The notes beneath the pieces were generated by a model, which was not told the DNA's origin, did not search any database, and saw only the letters and a list, made by a program, of their open reading frames with translations. A program made the translations under genes and the position numbers. This document shows positions 38,226-47,019 of a stretch of 64,000 nucleotides of DNA, one piece after another. The stretch covers positions 221,703-285,702 of the forward strand of contig JAKIVS010000001.1 in the NCBI GenBank assembly GCA_022750435.1. The letters run 5' to 3'. This DNA comes from Thermoplasmata archaeon (GTDB lineage: Archaea > Thermoplasmatota > Thermoplasmata > Lutacidiplasmatales > UBA184). Within the stretch, counting starts at the first letter, position 1. Every line of letters starts with the position of its first letter.

Positions 38226-39128
38226 TCACGTCGGTCCGGCGTCGTGCGGGTGGGACGCGAAGAGGCGGGGGGAGGCGTCCGTGCGGAGCGCTTTGCCGAC
38301 CCGGACGATCACGTAGAGCGCGAACGCGATGGTCACGATGAAGAAACTGACCGGATACGGCTCGTACCAGGAGATGAACAGCCCGAGCCACGTCGCGGAC
38401 AACGCCACAGAGACGGAGACAAGGACCGCCGTGAGCGGGCGTTTGGTGAGGCGGACGGCGATCGCGGCGGGAGTCACCATCAGGGCGAAGATCAGCAGGA
38501 CCCCGATGATCTGGACCGCGATCGAAATCGTCACGGCGAGCATCACCATGAACGCGAGGTTGAGCGCGAGCATCGGGAGGCCTTTCGCCTCGGCGACGTC
38601 CTCGTCCAGGGACGCGAACAGGAGCGGTCGGTAGATCATCGCGAGGACGGCGAGCACGATGAGGCTCGTCCAGAAGGTGAAGCTCACCCCGGAGGCGCTG
38701 ATGCCGAGGACTTCCCCGAACAGGATCGAGTACGCCTCGGTGGCGTACCCCTTGTAGAGGCTGAGGAACAGGAGACCGAGGCCGAGCGCGAAGGCGAGCA
38801 CGGTCCCGATCTCGACGTCGCGGTTGGTCGCCCGATTGCCGAGGAACGCCATCCCGCTCGCCGTGGCGATCGTGAACACGAGGAGGCCGTACACCGGCTG
38901 GACCCCGAGGAGGACCGCCCCCGCCGCTCCGGAGAATCCTGTATGGCCGAGGGCGTGAGTGGCGAATGAGGCGCGCCGGAGAACGACGAAGTAGCCGATG
39001 ATCCCCGCGAGGATTGCGATGATCGTTCCCGCCTCGAATGCGTTGCGCATGAACTCGAACGCGAGCATCGACCGGAGGTCGGTCACGATGTTCCAGTTGA
39101 ACCCCGGGCCGGCCGCCGAGCCGCTCAT
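38226..39128 (-). CDS. ABC-3 family metal (Zn/Mn) transporter permease (ZnuB/MntB-like)
   Basis: Start at ATG 39128 (MSGSAAGPGFNW...), ~8 TM helices. ATGA overlap with the ATPase gene. Confidence 0.75.
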   Translation of the reverse strand: MSGSAAGPGFNWNIVTDLRSMLAFEFMRNAFEAGTIIAILAGIIGYFVVLRRASFATHALGHTGFSGAAGAVLLGVQPVYGLLVFTIATASGMAFLGNRATNRDVEIGTVLAFALGLGLLFLSLYKGYATEAYSILFGEVLGISASGVSFTFWTSLIVLAVLAMIYRPLLFASLDEDVAEAKGLPMLALNLAFMVMLAVTISIAVQIIGVLLIFALMVTPAAIAVRLTKRPLTAVLVSVSVALSATWLGLFISWYEPYPVSFFIVTIAFALYVIVRVGKALRTDASPRLFASHPHDAGPT

Positions 39129-40009
39129 GCGCCCTCCTCCCCGTGGTCGTCTTCGCCGCCGACGATCACGATGTTGTTGCGGGAGTCGCGCAGGACCTCG
39201 ACGTGGACGCCGTAGAGGGCCGAGAGGCTCTCGGACGTGAGGACGTCGCTCGGCCGGCCGGTCGCGACCCGGCCGTTCGCGATGTAGATCACCTTGTCGA
39301 GACACTTGATCATGGGATTGATGTCGTGCGCCACGAGGAGCGTCGTGACTCCCCGTGCCTGGACGAGGCCGTGGATCGTCTCGACGAGCTCCCGGCTCCG
39401 CCGGAGGTCGAGGTTCGAGAGCGGCTCGTCGAGGAGCAGCATCTCCGGGTTGCCGACGAGCGCTTCTGCGAGGAACACCCGCTGGAGCTCGCCCCCGGAG
39501 AGGGAGCCGAGCGACTTCGAGCCGAGGTCCGAGGCGCCGACGTCGGCCAGGACCTGGGCCGCAGCGTCCCGCTCCGCCTCGAGTCGGAGCCTCGGTCCCC
39601 ACACGGTCGGCCGGAATCGGTCGCCCGGACCCCACCGCGTCCCGGGGAAACCGAGCCGCACGAGCTTGTCGCACTCGAGGTGCGTCTCGCGGTCGATCGT
39701 GTGCCGCTGCGGAACGTAGCCGATCCGGGCATTCCCTCGATGCGGGGCCGAGCCGAGGACCGAGAGCGACCCCGCCGACGGCCAGTGCAGGCCGAGCAGC
39801 ATTCGGAAGAGCGTGGTCTTCCCCGCGCCGTTCGGACCGATCACCGCGACGAACTCCCCGTGTTCCACCTCGAACGAGGCGTTCCGCCAGACGAACTTGT
39901 CCCGGTACCGGACCTCCAGGCGCTCGGCCCGGATCGCCGGAGCGCCGGACCGGGCCGTCGGCCCGACCGGCGGGTGGGTGGCGGGAGGGAGCGGTGCGCT
40001 AGCGGCCAC
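39125..40009 (-). CDS. ABC transporter ATP-binding protein (ZnuC/MntA-like)
   Basis: Walker A GPNGAGKTT, signature LSGGELQRV, Walker B LLLDEP. Confidence 0.85.
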   Translation of the reverse strand: MAASAPLPPATHPPVGPTARSGAPAIRAERLEVRYRDKFVWRNASFEVEHGEFVAVIGPNGAGKTTLFRMLLGLHWPSAGSLSVLGSAPHRGNARIGYVPQRHTIDRETHLECDKLVRLGFPGTRWGPGDRFRPTVWGPRLRLEAERDAAAQVLADVGASDLGSKSLGSLSGGELQRVFLAEALVGNPEMLLLDEPLSNLDLRRSRELVETIHGLVQARGVTTLLVAHDINPMIKCLDKVIYIANGRVATGRPSDVLTSESLSALYGVHVEVLRDSRNNIVIVGGEDDHGEEGA

Positions 40010-40015
40010 GCGAGG

Positions 40016-41221
40016 TCACTGCCCCAGCTGGTAGGCGTTCAACGCGTTCTCCAACTGGTTGTATTGCCCGTACATCCAGTCCTGGAAGCTCGTGTCCGGA
40101 GGCTGGATCGTTTCGCTCACGAAGGTGACCGAAACGTTGTGCTGCGCCGCGATCGCCTTCAAGGACGTCGTGATGGGCGTCACGGTCTGGATGTTGTAGA
40201 CCAGGACCTTCACGTTCCCGCTCTCGAGCTGGCACTGGAACTGCGTGACGCTCTGGGTCGGCGGGTCGTTCCCCTCGGCGATCGCCTCCATGAACGGCTG
40301 GGGCGAGATCAGGTCGAGCCCCGTGTAGTTCGCGAGGTAGACGAAGATGCTCTCGGTCGAATCGACGACCGTGCCCTGGAACTCGTCCCGGATCTGGTTC
40401 GCCCGCGCGTACAACTGGTCGATCGACACGCCCTGGGCGCCGCCCCCCGTCGAGGTGTTCAGGTTCGCGAAATTCTGCTGGAAGACCTTCGTCGCCGACG
40501 GCTCGAGCGCGACGAGGTCGCCGTACATCGCGAGCAGGGTGTGGTTGACGTACAGCGGGTTGTACCACTGGTGGGGGTTCCCCGTGACGATTCCCCCCGT
40601 CACCGAGACGCCGTTGAGGATGCCGACGTTGAGGACCTCCTGGTGGGGGGTCTTCGAGGCGTTGATCAGCTGGAGCGCCCAGTCGTCGTAGCCGACGCCG
40701 TTGACGACGATGAAATTCGCGTCGGCGATCGCGGCGGCGTCGGAGGTGTTCGCTTCGTACTCGTGCGGGTCGGCGTTCGGGTCGTTGACGATGCTGAGGA
40801 CCGACGTCAGATTCCCCCCGAGCTGGCCGACGAGGCTGCCCCAGAAGTTCTCGCCGGCAACGACCTGGATCACCTGGCCGAACGGCAAGGTCGGAAGAGA
40901 GCCCTGCACGCTGGTGGCGTTGGCGAAGTGCGGGGTCGTGTCGCCGGAGACGACGCCGGCCTTCGGATTCGCCCCGAGCTCGTCGGGTGTGAACGCCGCA
41001 CACGGGTTCCCCGGCGCCTGGCTCGTCACGATCTCGTACGCTACGGCGCTCCCCGCCACGATGAGCACGACCACAACGGCGAGGATCGTCGACTTCGGTA
41101 CGCCCGTACGAAGGGGCTTGGCGGGACAGGACCCGTACGGCCCGGACGAGGCCGGCGCGGAAGAGCCCCCGGAGTTCGCGGGGTCCGGACCCCCAACCGG
41201 AGAGGCATTCGAGCCGGCCAC
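40016..41221 (-). CDS. Metal ABC transporter substrate-binding protein (cluster A-I, ZnuA/TroA-like)
   Basis: N-terminal TM/anchor, DPHEYE and NPHQWYNP motifs, N-glycosylation sequons. GTG start at 41221, just after the repressor stop (the track ORF extends into the repressor gene). Confidence 0.7.
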   Translation of the reverse strand: MAGSNASPVGGPDPANSGGSSAPASSGPYGSCPAKPLRTGVPKSTILAVVVVLIVAGSAVAYEIVTSQAPGNPCAAFTPDELGANPKAGVVSGDTTPHFANATSVQGSLPTLPFGQVIQVVAGENFWGSLVGQLGGNLTSVLSIVNDPNADPHEYEANTSDAAAIADANFIVVNGVGYDDWALQLINASKTPHQEVLNVGILNGVSVTGGIVTGNPHQWYNPLYVNHTLLAMYGDLVALEPSATKVFQQNFANLNTSTGGGAQGVSIDQLYARANQIRDEFQGTVVDSTESIFVYLANYTGLDLISPQPFMEAIAEGNDPPTQSVTQFQCQLESGNVKVLVYNIQTVTPITTSLKAIAAQHNVSVTFVSETIQPPDTSFQDWMYGQYNQLENALNAYQLGQ

Positions 41222-41223
41222 GG

Positions 41224-41661
41224 TCAGAGTGCTCCCTCGAACGGTCGGCCCGAGCACGGGGTGATCGGTTCCCCGTGGGGGCAGACCGAGGGATGGCCCT
41301 CGGCCGCACACACGCGCTCCACCGTCTTGTGGGAGATCGACAGGTCGACCTCTCGGGCGGCGGCGCACGTCGCCTCGGGAGAGAGCCCGAGCTTCCCGAA
41401 GAGTGTCTCGGCGACGCGGTGGTGCCGCTGGTACTCGAGCAGAGTTCCTCGGCCTTTGGGGGTGAGACGGCTCTTGCCCCGGTATCGTTCGACGAGCCCG
41501 AGCTCCTCGAGTGGGGTGAGGTGGCCGAGCGCGGAAGGGGCCGAGACATGCAGGGACGTCGCGATCCAGTTCAGCGGAACCCCGCGCTCGGGGGTCTCCC
41601 GCACGCCGACGGCCTGCAAGGCGTCCAATTGGCGTCGGGTCAGTTTCTGGAGAGTCTCCAT
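41224..41661 (-). CDS. DtxR/MntR-family metal-dependent transcriptional repressor
   Basis: Winged-HTH N-terminus plus metal-binding dimerisation domain. 145 aa. Directly upstream of znuABC. Confidence 0.75.
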   Translation of the reverse strand: METLQKLTRRQLDALQAVGVRETPERGVPLNWIATSLHVSAPSALGHLTPLEELGLVERYRGKSRLTPKGRGTLLEYQRHHRVAETLFGKLGLSPEATCAAAREVDLSISHKTVERVCAAEGHPSVCPHGEPITPCSGRPFEGAL

Positions 41662-41684
41662 CGGTCCCTACGTAGGATCGAATC

Positions 41685-41710
41685 TTAATAAGTCACACCC
41701 TAATTATTAA
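41685..41710. promoter_or_regulatory. AT-rich perfect inverted repeat TTAATAA-N12-TTATTAA, putative MntR operator overlapping the TATA region
   Basis: Seen directly in sequence ~24 bp upstream of the repressor start. The only AT-rich block in the region. Confidence 0.5.
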
Positions 41711-41890
41711 TCAACCAAGAACTTTCGCCGTGCGCGGGGGCGAACGACGTACCGCGCGTCCCTCGCCGGCGACCGAATCGTACCGCCCTCCTTCGGCGGT
41801 CGGAACACGACGGTCGACGGGGAGCCCGGCGGGTGGGCGACTCCCTCCGAATCGTCGCGTCGTGGGTCGTGCCGCGGCCGGGCGTTCACC

Positions 41891-44800
41891 CTAGAACGGC
41901 TGGCGCCGGAACGGCCAGAACGCCGCGGGCGTCTCCGGGGGCTTCGTCTGGCCCTGGAGGAGCTTGAGGGACTCGCGCGCCTTGTCGAGCGCCTTCTGGT
42001 AGTCCTCGACGCGGGCGCGGATCGACTCCTCGAGAAGCTTTCGGGCATCGGCGGTGTCGAGGTGGCGCTCCGCCGCCTTTGCGAGAGCCGAATCGATCAG
42101 GTAGTGGATGTTCAGGAGCTCCCGGTGGAGCGCCTTGCGGGTGTTCAGCTCCGACTCGACCGCCAGGAGGGTTCGTGCGCCTTCCACAAGGTCGCCCGAC
42201 TGGACGAGGCCTTCCACCGAGGCGAGTCGCTCCGGGAGCGTGCCGAGCGTGACGTTGAGGCCCTCCCGCGCGAAGACGAGTTCGCTCTCCACGCTGCGGC
42301 GGCGTTCGCCGAGGCGTGCCTCGACGAGTCCGGCCAGGCGCTCGTTCCCCTGCTGGACGTTCGCCTCGACGCTCGCGTACTTCCCCGCGTCGAGGGCGCT
42401 CTTCGCCTCGCTGAACAGCTCCATCACGGGGGTCGTGTCAAGACCGAGCTTCTCGCCGACCCAGAGGCGGTCTTTCAGAAGATGGACCGCGGCCTCGAGG
42501 ACCGCCACGCGGCTCAGTCGCGCCCGGGCCTCCTCCTCACTCATGCGTTGAACGGCGAGCGGGTAGTCGCGTCGCCCCCGCGCCTCCTGGATGCCGAGAG
42601 CCGCTTGGGCCCGGGCCTCGGTTTCCGGTGCGTCGGCGGCGGCCGCCGCGCCGTAGATGGCTTCCAGGTCCGTTCGCCGGGCGTCCAGCAGCCGGTCGAG
42701 CGATTCGTACGCGGCGGTCCGCGCCCGTTCGAGGGCGTCGGACGCGCGCTTCCATTCCCTCGCCGGGATCGCGCCCTCCGCCTCGGCGACCGCTTCCTCG
42801 ACGGCCTGGATGCGGCCGGTGCCGGCCGCGGTCATCGTCTCGGCGAGCGATCGGATCGAGGCAAACGAACCCGCGTAGAGCCGCTCGACCGCCCAGCGGG
42901 CGAGGTCGTTCGCCTCGCGCGCGGCCTGCGTCGCGTTCGGATATTCCCCGGCCTGGGCGTGGTGTCGGGCCTTCTCGAGCGCTCGGACGACTTCGTCGAC
43001 GTCGGCGCCCAGCTCGAGGGCTTCCTTCACCTGCCGGTCGGCCGAGTCGAGGGCATCGCGGGCCCGGCGCTGCTGCTCGCGGGTGGTCGCGAGCTGGTCG
43101 GCGGCCTCGAGCGCGAGCTCGAAGACGGCCGGGAACTGCTGACGGCGGATCGCCTGGCGCGCCTTCTCGATCTGTGCGGTCGCCGAGGCGGCGTGGACGC
43201 CGTCTTTCTCCGCCTCGACGAGCTTCGCCTCCATCGTCTCGAGCGCCGCGCGGGCGAGCGTCGTCTGGAGTTCCACGCGCTCGATCTCCCCCTCGCTCTG
43301 GGCGGCGAGGGTCAACGCTTCGATGGCGCGGCCTTCCTCGAGCGCCTGGCGAGCGCGCGACAGGAGGTTCTCGGCGACGGTCGTCGGCGACCCCTCCTGG
43401 CGGACATGGACCAGCATCCCCTGGAGGTTCGCGAGCGTCTTCGCCACGTGGGTGTGCGTCGACTGGATCAGCTCCCGCTCGAGCGGGCCCCCAAGCTCGA
43501 TCGCCTTCGCGTAGCGCTTCTGCGCCAGGTGATCCTCGAGTTCCGCGAGGCGGCCCTTCAACGGACCGATCGCGGCCCGCACGATCTCGGCCTCGGCGAA
43601 CGCCTCCCGGGCGCGCTTGACGGCCCGCTCGGCCTGTTCGAGGAATCCCCGTGTTTCCACCAGCTGGGAGCGGACGGACTCGACGCGCTCGGCGACCCCG
43701 GTCGGCACCGGCGTGGCGAGCCCGCGTCGCGCCTCGGCGAGCTGCTCGACGACGGTCCCCGTGTCGACGCCGGCGGACCGGGCCACATCGAGCTCCTGCT
43801 CGAGGGCGCGGACCGTCTCCTCGAGGACGGGGCGCAGAAGTTGGAGGAGCGCGTCCTGCGCGGTGGTCGCCAGTTGGAGGGCTTCGGTCGGTCGTCCCTC
43901 GGAGAGGGCGGCCGACGCCGCGGCGAGGTTCGGCCGGTACGGGTCGGTGGAGAGGCCAAGGCGGTGACTGTCCTCGAGGAGGAGCTCGACCGTGGTGATC
44001 CGGCGTCGGGCGTCGGTGCCGGCCCGCTCCGCCGTGAGCGCCTCCTCGATGGCCCGGAGCTTCGCCTTCGCACCGGCAAAGTCGAGGGCCTGGTACGCGA
44101 GGCGCGTTTCCCGGATGCGCTCCCGGTAGGCGTCGACGGCGACGCCGTCGTCCTTGAGGCCCTGCCAGAGCTCGCCCGCCCGCTGCAATCCCTCGACGAG
44201 CGCCTCCGCCGATTGGCGCATGCCGAGCGCCTCTTCCTCGACCGCCTTCGCGCCCTGGTACGCCTCGGCGAACCGGTGGTCGCGGGCGGCTTCCTGGGCG
44301 GCGTCGAACCGCTCGCGGAGGGCCGCGGTGTCGAGGCCCATCTTCCCGAGCTCCACGAGAGCGAGCTTCGCGTGGGAGACCGCCTCCTCGCTCTGGATGA
44401 GCTGTTGCTGCTGGGCGCGCGTCCGGATCTCCTGCGAGGCCCGGGACGCCTTGACGAAATCGCCCATGTTGAAGATCTGCTGGACCTCGTCGATCTGACG
44501 CTGGATCTCGTCGCCGGCCCCGCCCATCGCCTCGAGGGCGCGACCTTCCTCCTCCAGCGCCTCCACCAGGGAGGAGGCGTGGGCGGCGAACACCGCGGCG
44601 AACTCCCGCTCCGCTCGCTTGAGGCTCTCCAAGGACGCCACCAGGTCCTCCTTGACCCGGAGCGAGACGTCGGCATCGGCGAGCAGACGTCGCGCCGGGG
44701 CCACGAGGGCGTCGTCGTGGATCTCCTCGAATCCCTTCTCGAGTTCCCCCACGACGCGGGCGACGTACGGACCGGCCGACGCCCGCAGGCCGACCTCGAC

Positions 44801-46357
44801 GGCCGCGAGCGCCTCGCCGGCCTCGGCGAGAGACCCGTCGGCGAGGGTCTGCTGTCCGTTCGCGAGGGCGGCCGCCGTTTCCGGCGTGAGGAAGCCGCGC
44901 TCGCGCGCCAGCTCGACGAGCTTCTCGAGACGTTCGGCGTAGGTTTGGAAATGTTCGAGCGCGGCGCGTCCGAGGGTCCGGATCGCCTCCCGGATCGTCG
45001 TCCGGGCGGCGTCGACCTCGAACTTCTCGAGCCGCTGCTGCGCCTCCCGGAGCGGTTCGTAGTACGACTGGACCGGCACGTCGAGCGCGCTCAACCGGTC
45101 GAGGAGCGAGCGGAGCGAGTCGACCTCCTCCCGGGCGGCGTCGAGGTCCTGGGTGAGCGCCGTGGCGCGCTCCATCGCCTCCTGGCTGGCGGCGAGCGCC
45201 TCCCCGTAGATCTTCAGCCGGAGCGCCTCGCGGGCCCGGTTCATCGCCGCGAACACGTCGGAGGCGTCGCGACCGAGCCAGCGGGCCTCGACCAGCTTCG
45301 GTCGAACCTCGTCAAGCAGCCCGGCGACGATCCCCACGACGGGCTCCTCGGTGATCGCCCGCCCCTTCGCGAGGAGCTGGGGGAGTTCCACGGGACTAGC
45401 GCCCGGCACCTGGTCGACCAAGACGTCGATCTGCGCGACGCCCTCCGTCACGTCGGTGCCGGACCCGCGCAGCGATTCGAGGGTCCCTTTCAGCGTGGCG
45501 AGCGCCCCTTGCACCCGACCGCGGAGTTCCTCGCCGACGTCGGCGCTCGCCCGCTCGATCGCCGGGACCGTCTCGTCCCACTCGAGCGGGGTCGCGCTCT
45601 GATCGACGGCGAGGGCCGTGTCGAGCGTGGCGTGCTGCGAGCCGAGGTCCCGGGCGGCGGCGAGAATCGATTGTCCGGAAGCGCGCACGAGCTCGCGCCG
45701 CTCCACGGCGGCGGGGACCTGGCCCCGGATCTCCGCGTCGAGCTGCGCGAGCGCCTCCGCCACCTTTCCGTCCGACATCGGGGCGATCGCGTGGCGGAAC
45801 CTCGCATCGAGCTCGGCCATCCGCTCCTCGGGGATGCCGGCCCATTTGGCCACCGAACGCGCGCGCTCGCGCAGGGTGAGGGAGAAATCCGTCTGCGATT
45901 GGCGGACGATCCGGAAGAGCGTCGCGATTCGCTCGACGGCCAGGGCGAGCTCGCCTTCGATCGCCGTGGCGCGCAGCTCCTCGATGACCTTGGCGGCGTC
46001 CGCGGGGAGCGGCGCCTTCGCCTTCTGGAGCGCCTCGGCGCGGCCGAGCACCGACGTCCGGCGCTCCTCGAGCGCTGGCGCCACGGAGCGCTGGATGTAG
46101 GATACGAACTCTTTCGCGGTCTGCTCGACCGCCTCCCAATCGGACTTCCGGGTGAGCTCGCGGAGCTTCGCGACCCGCTCGGCGGTCTCGGAGAGGGTGA
46201 CGCCGATCTCCTCGAGAAGTTTCAGTCGGTCTTCGACCTCGGCCGACGCCTGGTCGGCGAGCTGGCGCCGCTTCTTGAGCGACTCCGCCTTCTCCTGGAG
46301 GATCTTGGTCAGGCGGGACGATGGGACGCTCCCCATCCCCCCACCCGAACCGGACAT
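41891..46357 (-). CDS. Giant (1488 aa) acidic alpha-helical repeat / coiled-coil protein of unknown function
   Basis: Ala/Glu/Leu/Arg-rich with a recurring ~35-40-aa module [LV]xxxG[LAV]DTxxxxxxLxxAxxAxxxGxYxxA. Full-length antisense ORF 42062..46363 is a shadow. Confidence 0.65.
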   Translation of the reverse strand: MSGSGGGMGSVPSSRLTKILQEKAESLKKRRQLADQASAEVEDRLKLLEEIGVTLSETAERVAKLRELTRKSDWEAVEQTAKEFVSYIQRSVAPALEERRTSVLGRAEALQKAKAPLPADAAKVIEELRATAIEGELALAVERIATLFRIVRQSQTDFSLTLRERARSVAKWAGIPEERMAELDARFRHAIAPMSDGKVAEALAQLDAEIRGQVPAAVERRELVRASGQSILAAARDLGSQHATLDTALAVDQSATPLEWDETVPAIERASADVGEELRGRVQGALATLKGTLESLRGSGTDVTEGVAQIDVLVDQVPGASPVELPQLLAKGRAITEEPVVGIVAGLLDEVRPKLVEARWLGRDASDVFAAMNRAREALRLKIYGEALAASQEAMERATALTQDLDAAREEVDSLRSLLDRLSALDVPVQSYYEPLREAQQRLEKFEVDAARTTIREAIRTLGRAALEHFQTYAERLEKLVELARERGFLTPETAAALANGQQTLADGSLAEAGEALAAVEVGLRASAGPYVARVVGELEKGFEEIHDDALVAPARRLLADADVSLRVKEDLVASLESLKRAEREFAAVFAAHASSLVEALEEEGRALEAMGGAGDEIQRQIDEVQQIFNMGDFVKASRASQEIRTRAQQQQLIQSEEAVSHAKLALVELGKMGLDTAALRERFDAAQEAARDHRFAEAYQGAKAVEEEALGMRQSAEALVEGLQRAGELWQGLKDDGVAVDAYRERIRETRLAYQALDFAGAKAKLRAIEEALTAERAGTDARRRITTVELLLEDSHRLGLSTDPYRPNLAAASAALSEGRPTEALQLATTAQDALLQLLRPVLEETVRALEQELDVARSAGVDTGTVVEQLAEARRGLATPVPTGVAERVESVRSQLVETRGFLEQAERAVKRAREAFAEAEIVRAAIGPLKGRLAELEDHLAQKRYAKAIELGGPLERELIQSTHTHVAKTLANLQGMLVHVRQEGSPTTVAENLLSRARQALEEGRAIEALTLAAQSEGEIERVELQTTLARAALETMEAKLVEAEKDGVHAASATAQIEKARQAIRRQQFPAVFELALEAADQLATTREQQRRARDALDSADRQVKEALELGADVDEVVRALEKARHHAQAGEYPNATQAAREANDLARWAVERLYAGSFASIRSLAETMTAAGTGRIQAVEEAVAEAEGAIPAREWKRASDALERARTAAYESLDRLLDARRTDLEAIYGAAAAADAPETEARAQAALGIQEARGRRDYPLAVQRMSEEEARARLSRVAVLEAAVHLLKDRLWVGEKLGLDTTPVMELFSEAKSALDAGKYASVEANVQQGNERLAGLVEARLGERRRSVESELVFAREGLNVTLGTLPERLASVEGLVQSGDLVEGARTLLAVESELNTRKALHRELLNIHYLIDSALAKAAERHLDTADARKLLEESIRARVEDYQKALDKARESLKLLQGQTKPPETPAAFWPFRRQPF

Positions 46358-46481
46358 GGCTAGCGCCTACGGAGCGGCCCGGCCGGAGCCGCCGAGGCGG
46401 GGGCGACGGGCGCCCTAAAAAGATGCGGGCTCCTCGATATAAAGCGTGGTCCTCGGGCGCGCGTCGGCCCCGACGTCCGGC

Positions 46482-46868
46482 TCACGCCTTCGTGATGCGC
46501 CGCATCCCCATGGCATCGAGATACTGGATCTCGGTCCCCGGGGTCAGCTGGCCCTTCAATTCGGTCTCGATGGGGAGGCTGAACGTCTGGTAATCCTCGA
46601 GGTCCATCAACTGGACCTCGGTCTCGGTGAGGGACAGCACCTGGGCCTTCCGCTTCCCGATCATCGGGACGCGGACCTTGTGGGTTACCGGGAAGACGAC
46701 GCTCCGTTTGGAGCCGTCGAACAGCCCGATCGCATCGATGCGTGCCTTCGCTTCCCCGTGCTTCCCGGGCTTGGACATCTGGATCGAGAGGATCCGGCAC
46801 GGCTCCTCTTCGACGAGCATGTAGCGGCCCTCCTTGAGCTCGCGGACCTCTTGCTGCGTCCACGCCAT
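46482..46868 (-). CDS. Translation initiation factor 5A (aIF-5A)
   Basis: Hypusination loop SKPGKHGEAK. 128 aa from ATG 46868 (MAWTQQEV). Confidence 0.9.
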   Translation of the reverse strand: MAWTQQEVRELKEGRYMLVEEEPCRILSIQMSKPGKHGEAKARIDAIGLFDGSKRSVVFPVTHKVRVPMIGKRKAQVLSLTETEVQLMDLEDYQTFSLPIETELKGQLTPGTEIQYLDAMGMRRITKA

Positions 46869-47019
46869 CGCGCGTCCCCTCCGAAGCTCTCGCAAGAAGT
46901 CCGGGGGATAACCGTTGCCCCCGGGCCGGCCGTCGACCGGGGCCGTCCGGCGAGCGAGGGTTTATCGGCGCCGGTCCCCCATCGCAATCCCGCGGGCCGC
47001 GGCGCGGTCCGACGCGTTC

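Noticed and set aside
42062-46363. 1433-aa plus ORF
   Set aside because: Antisense of the giant helical-repeat gene. R/L/G/D-rich with no Met-proximal sense features.
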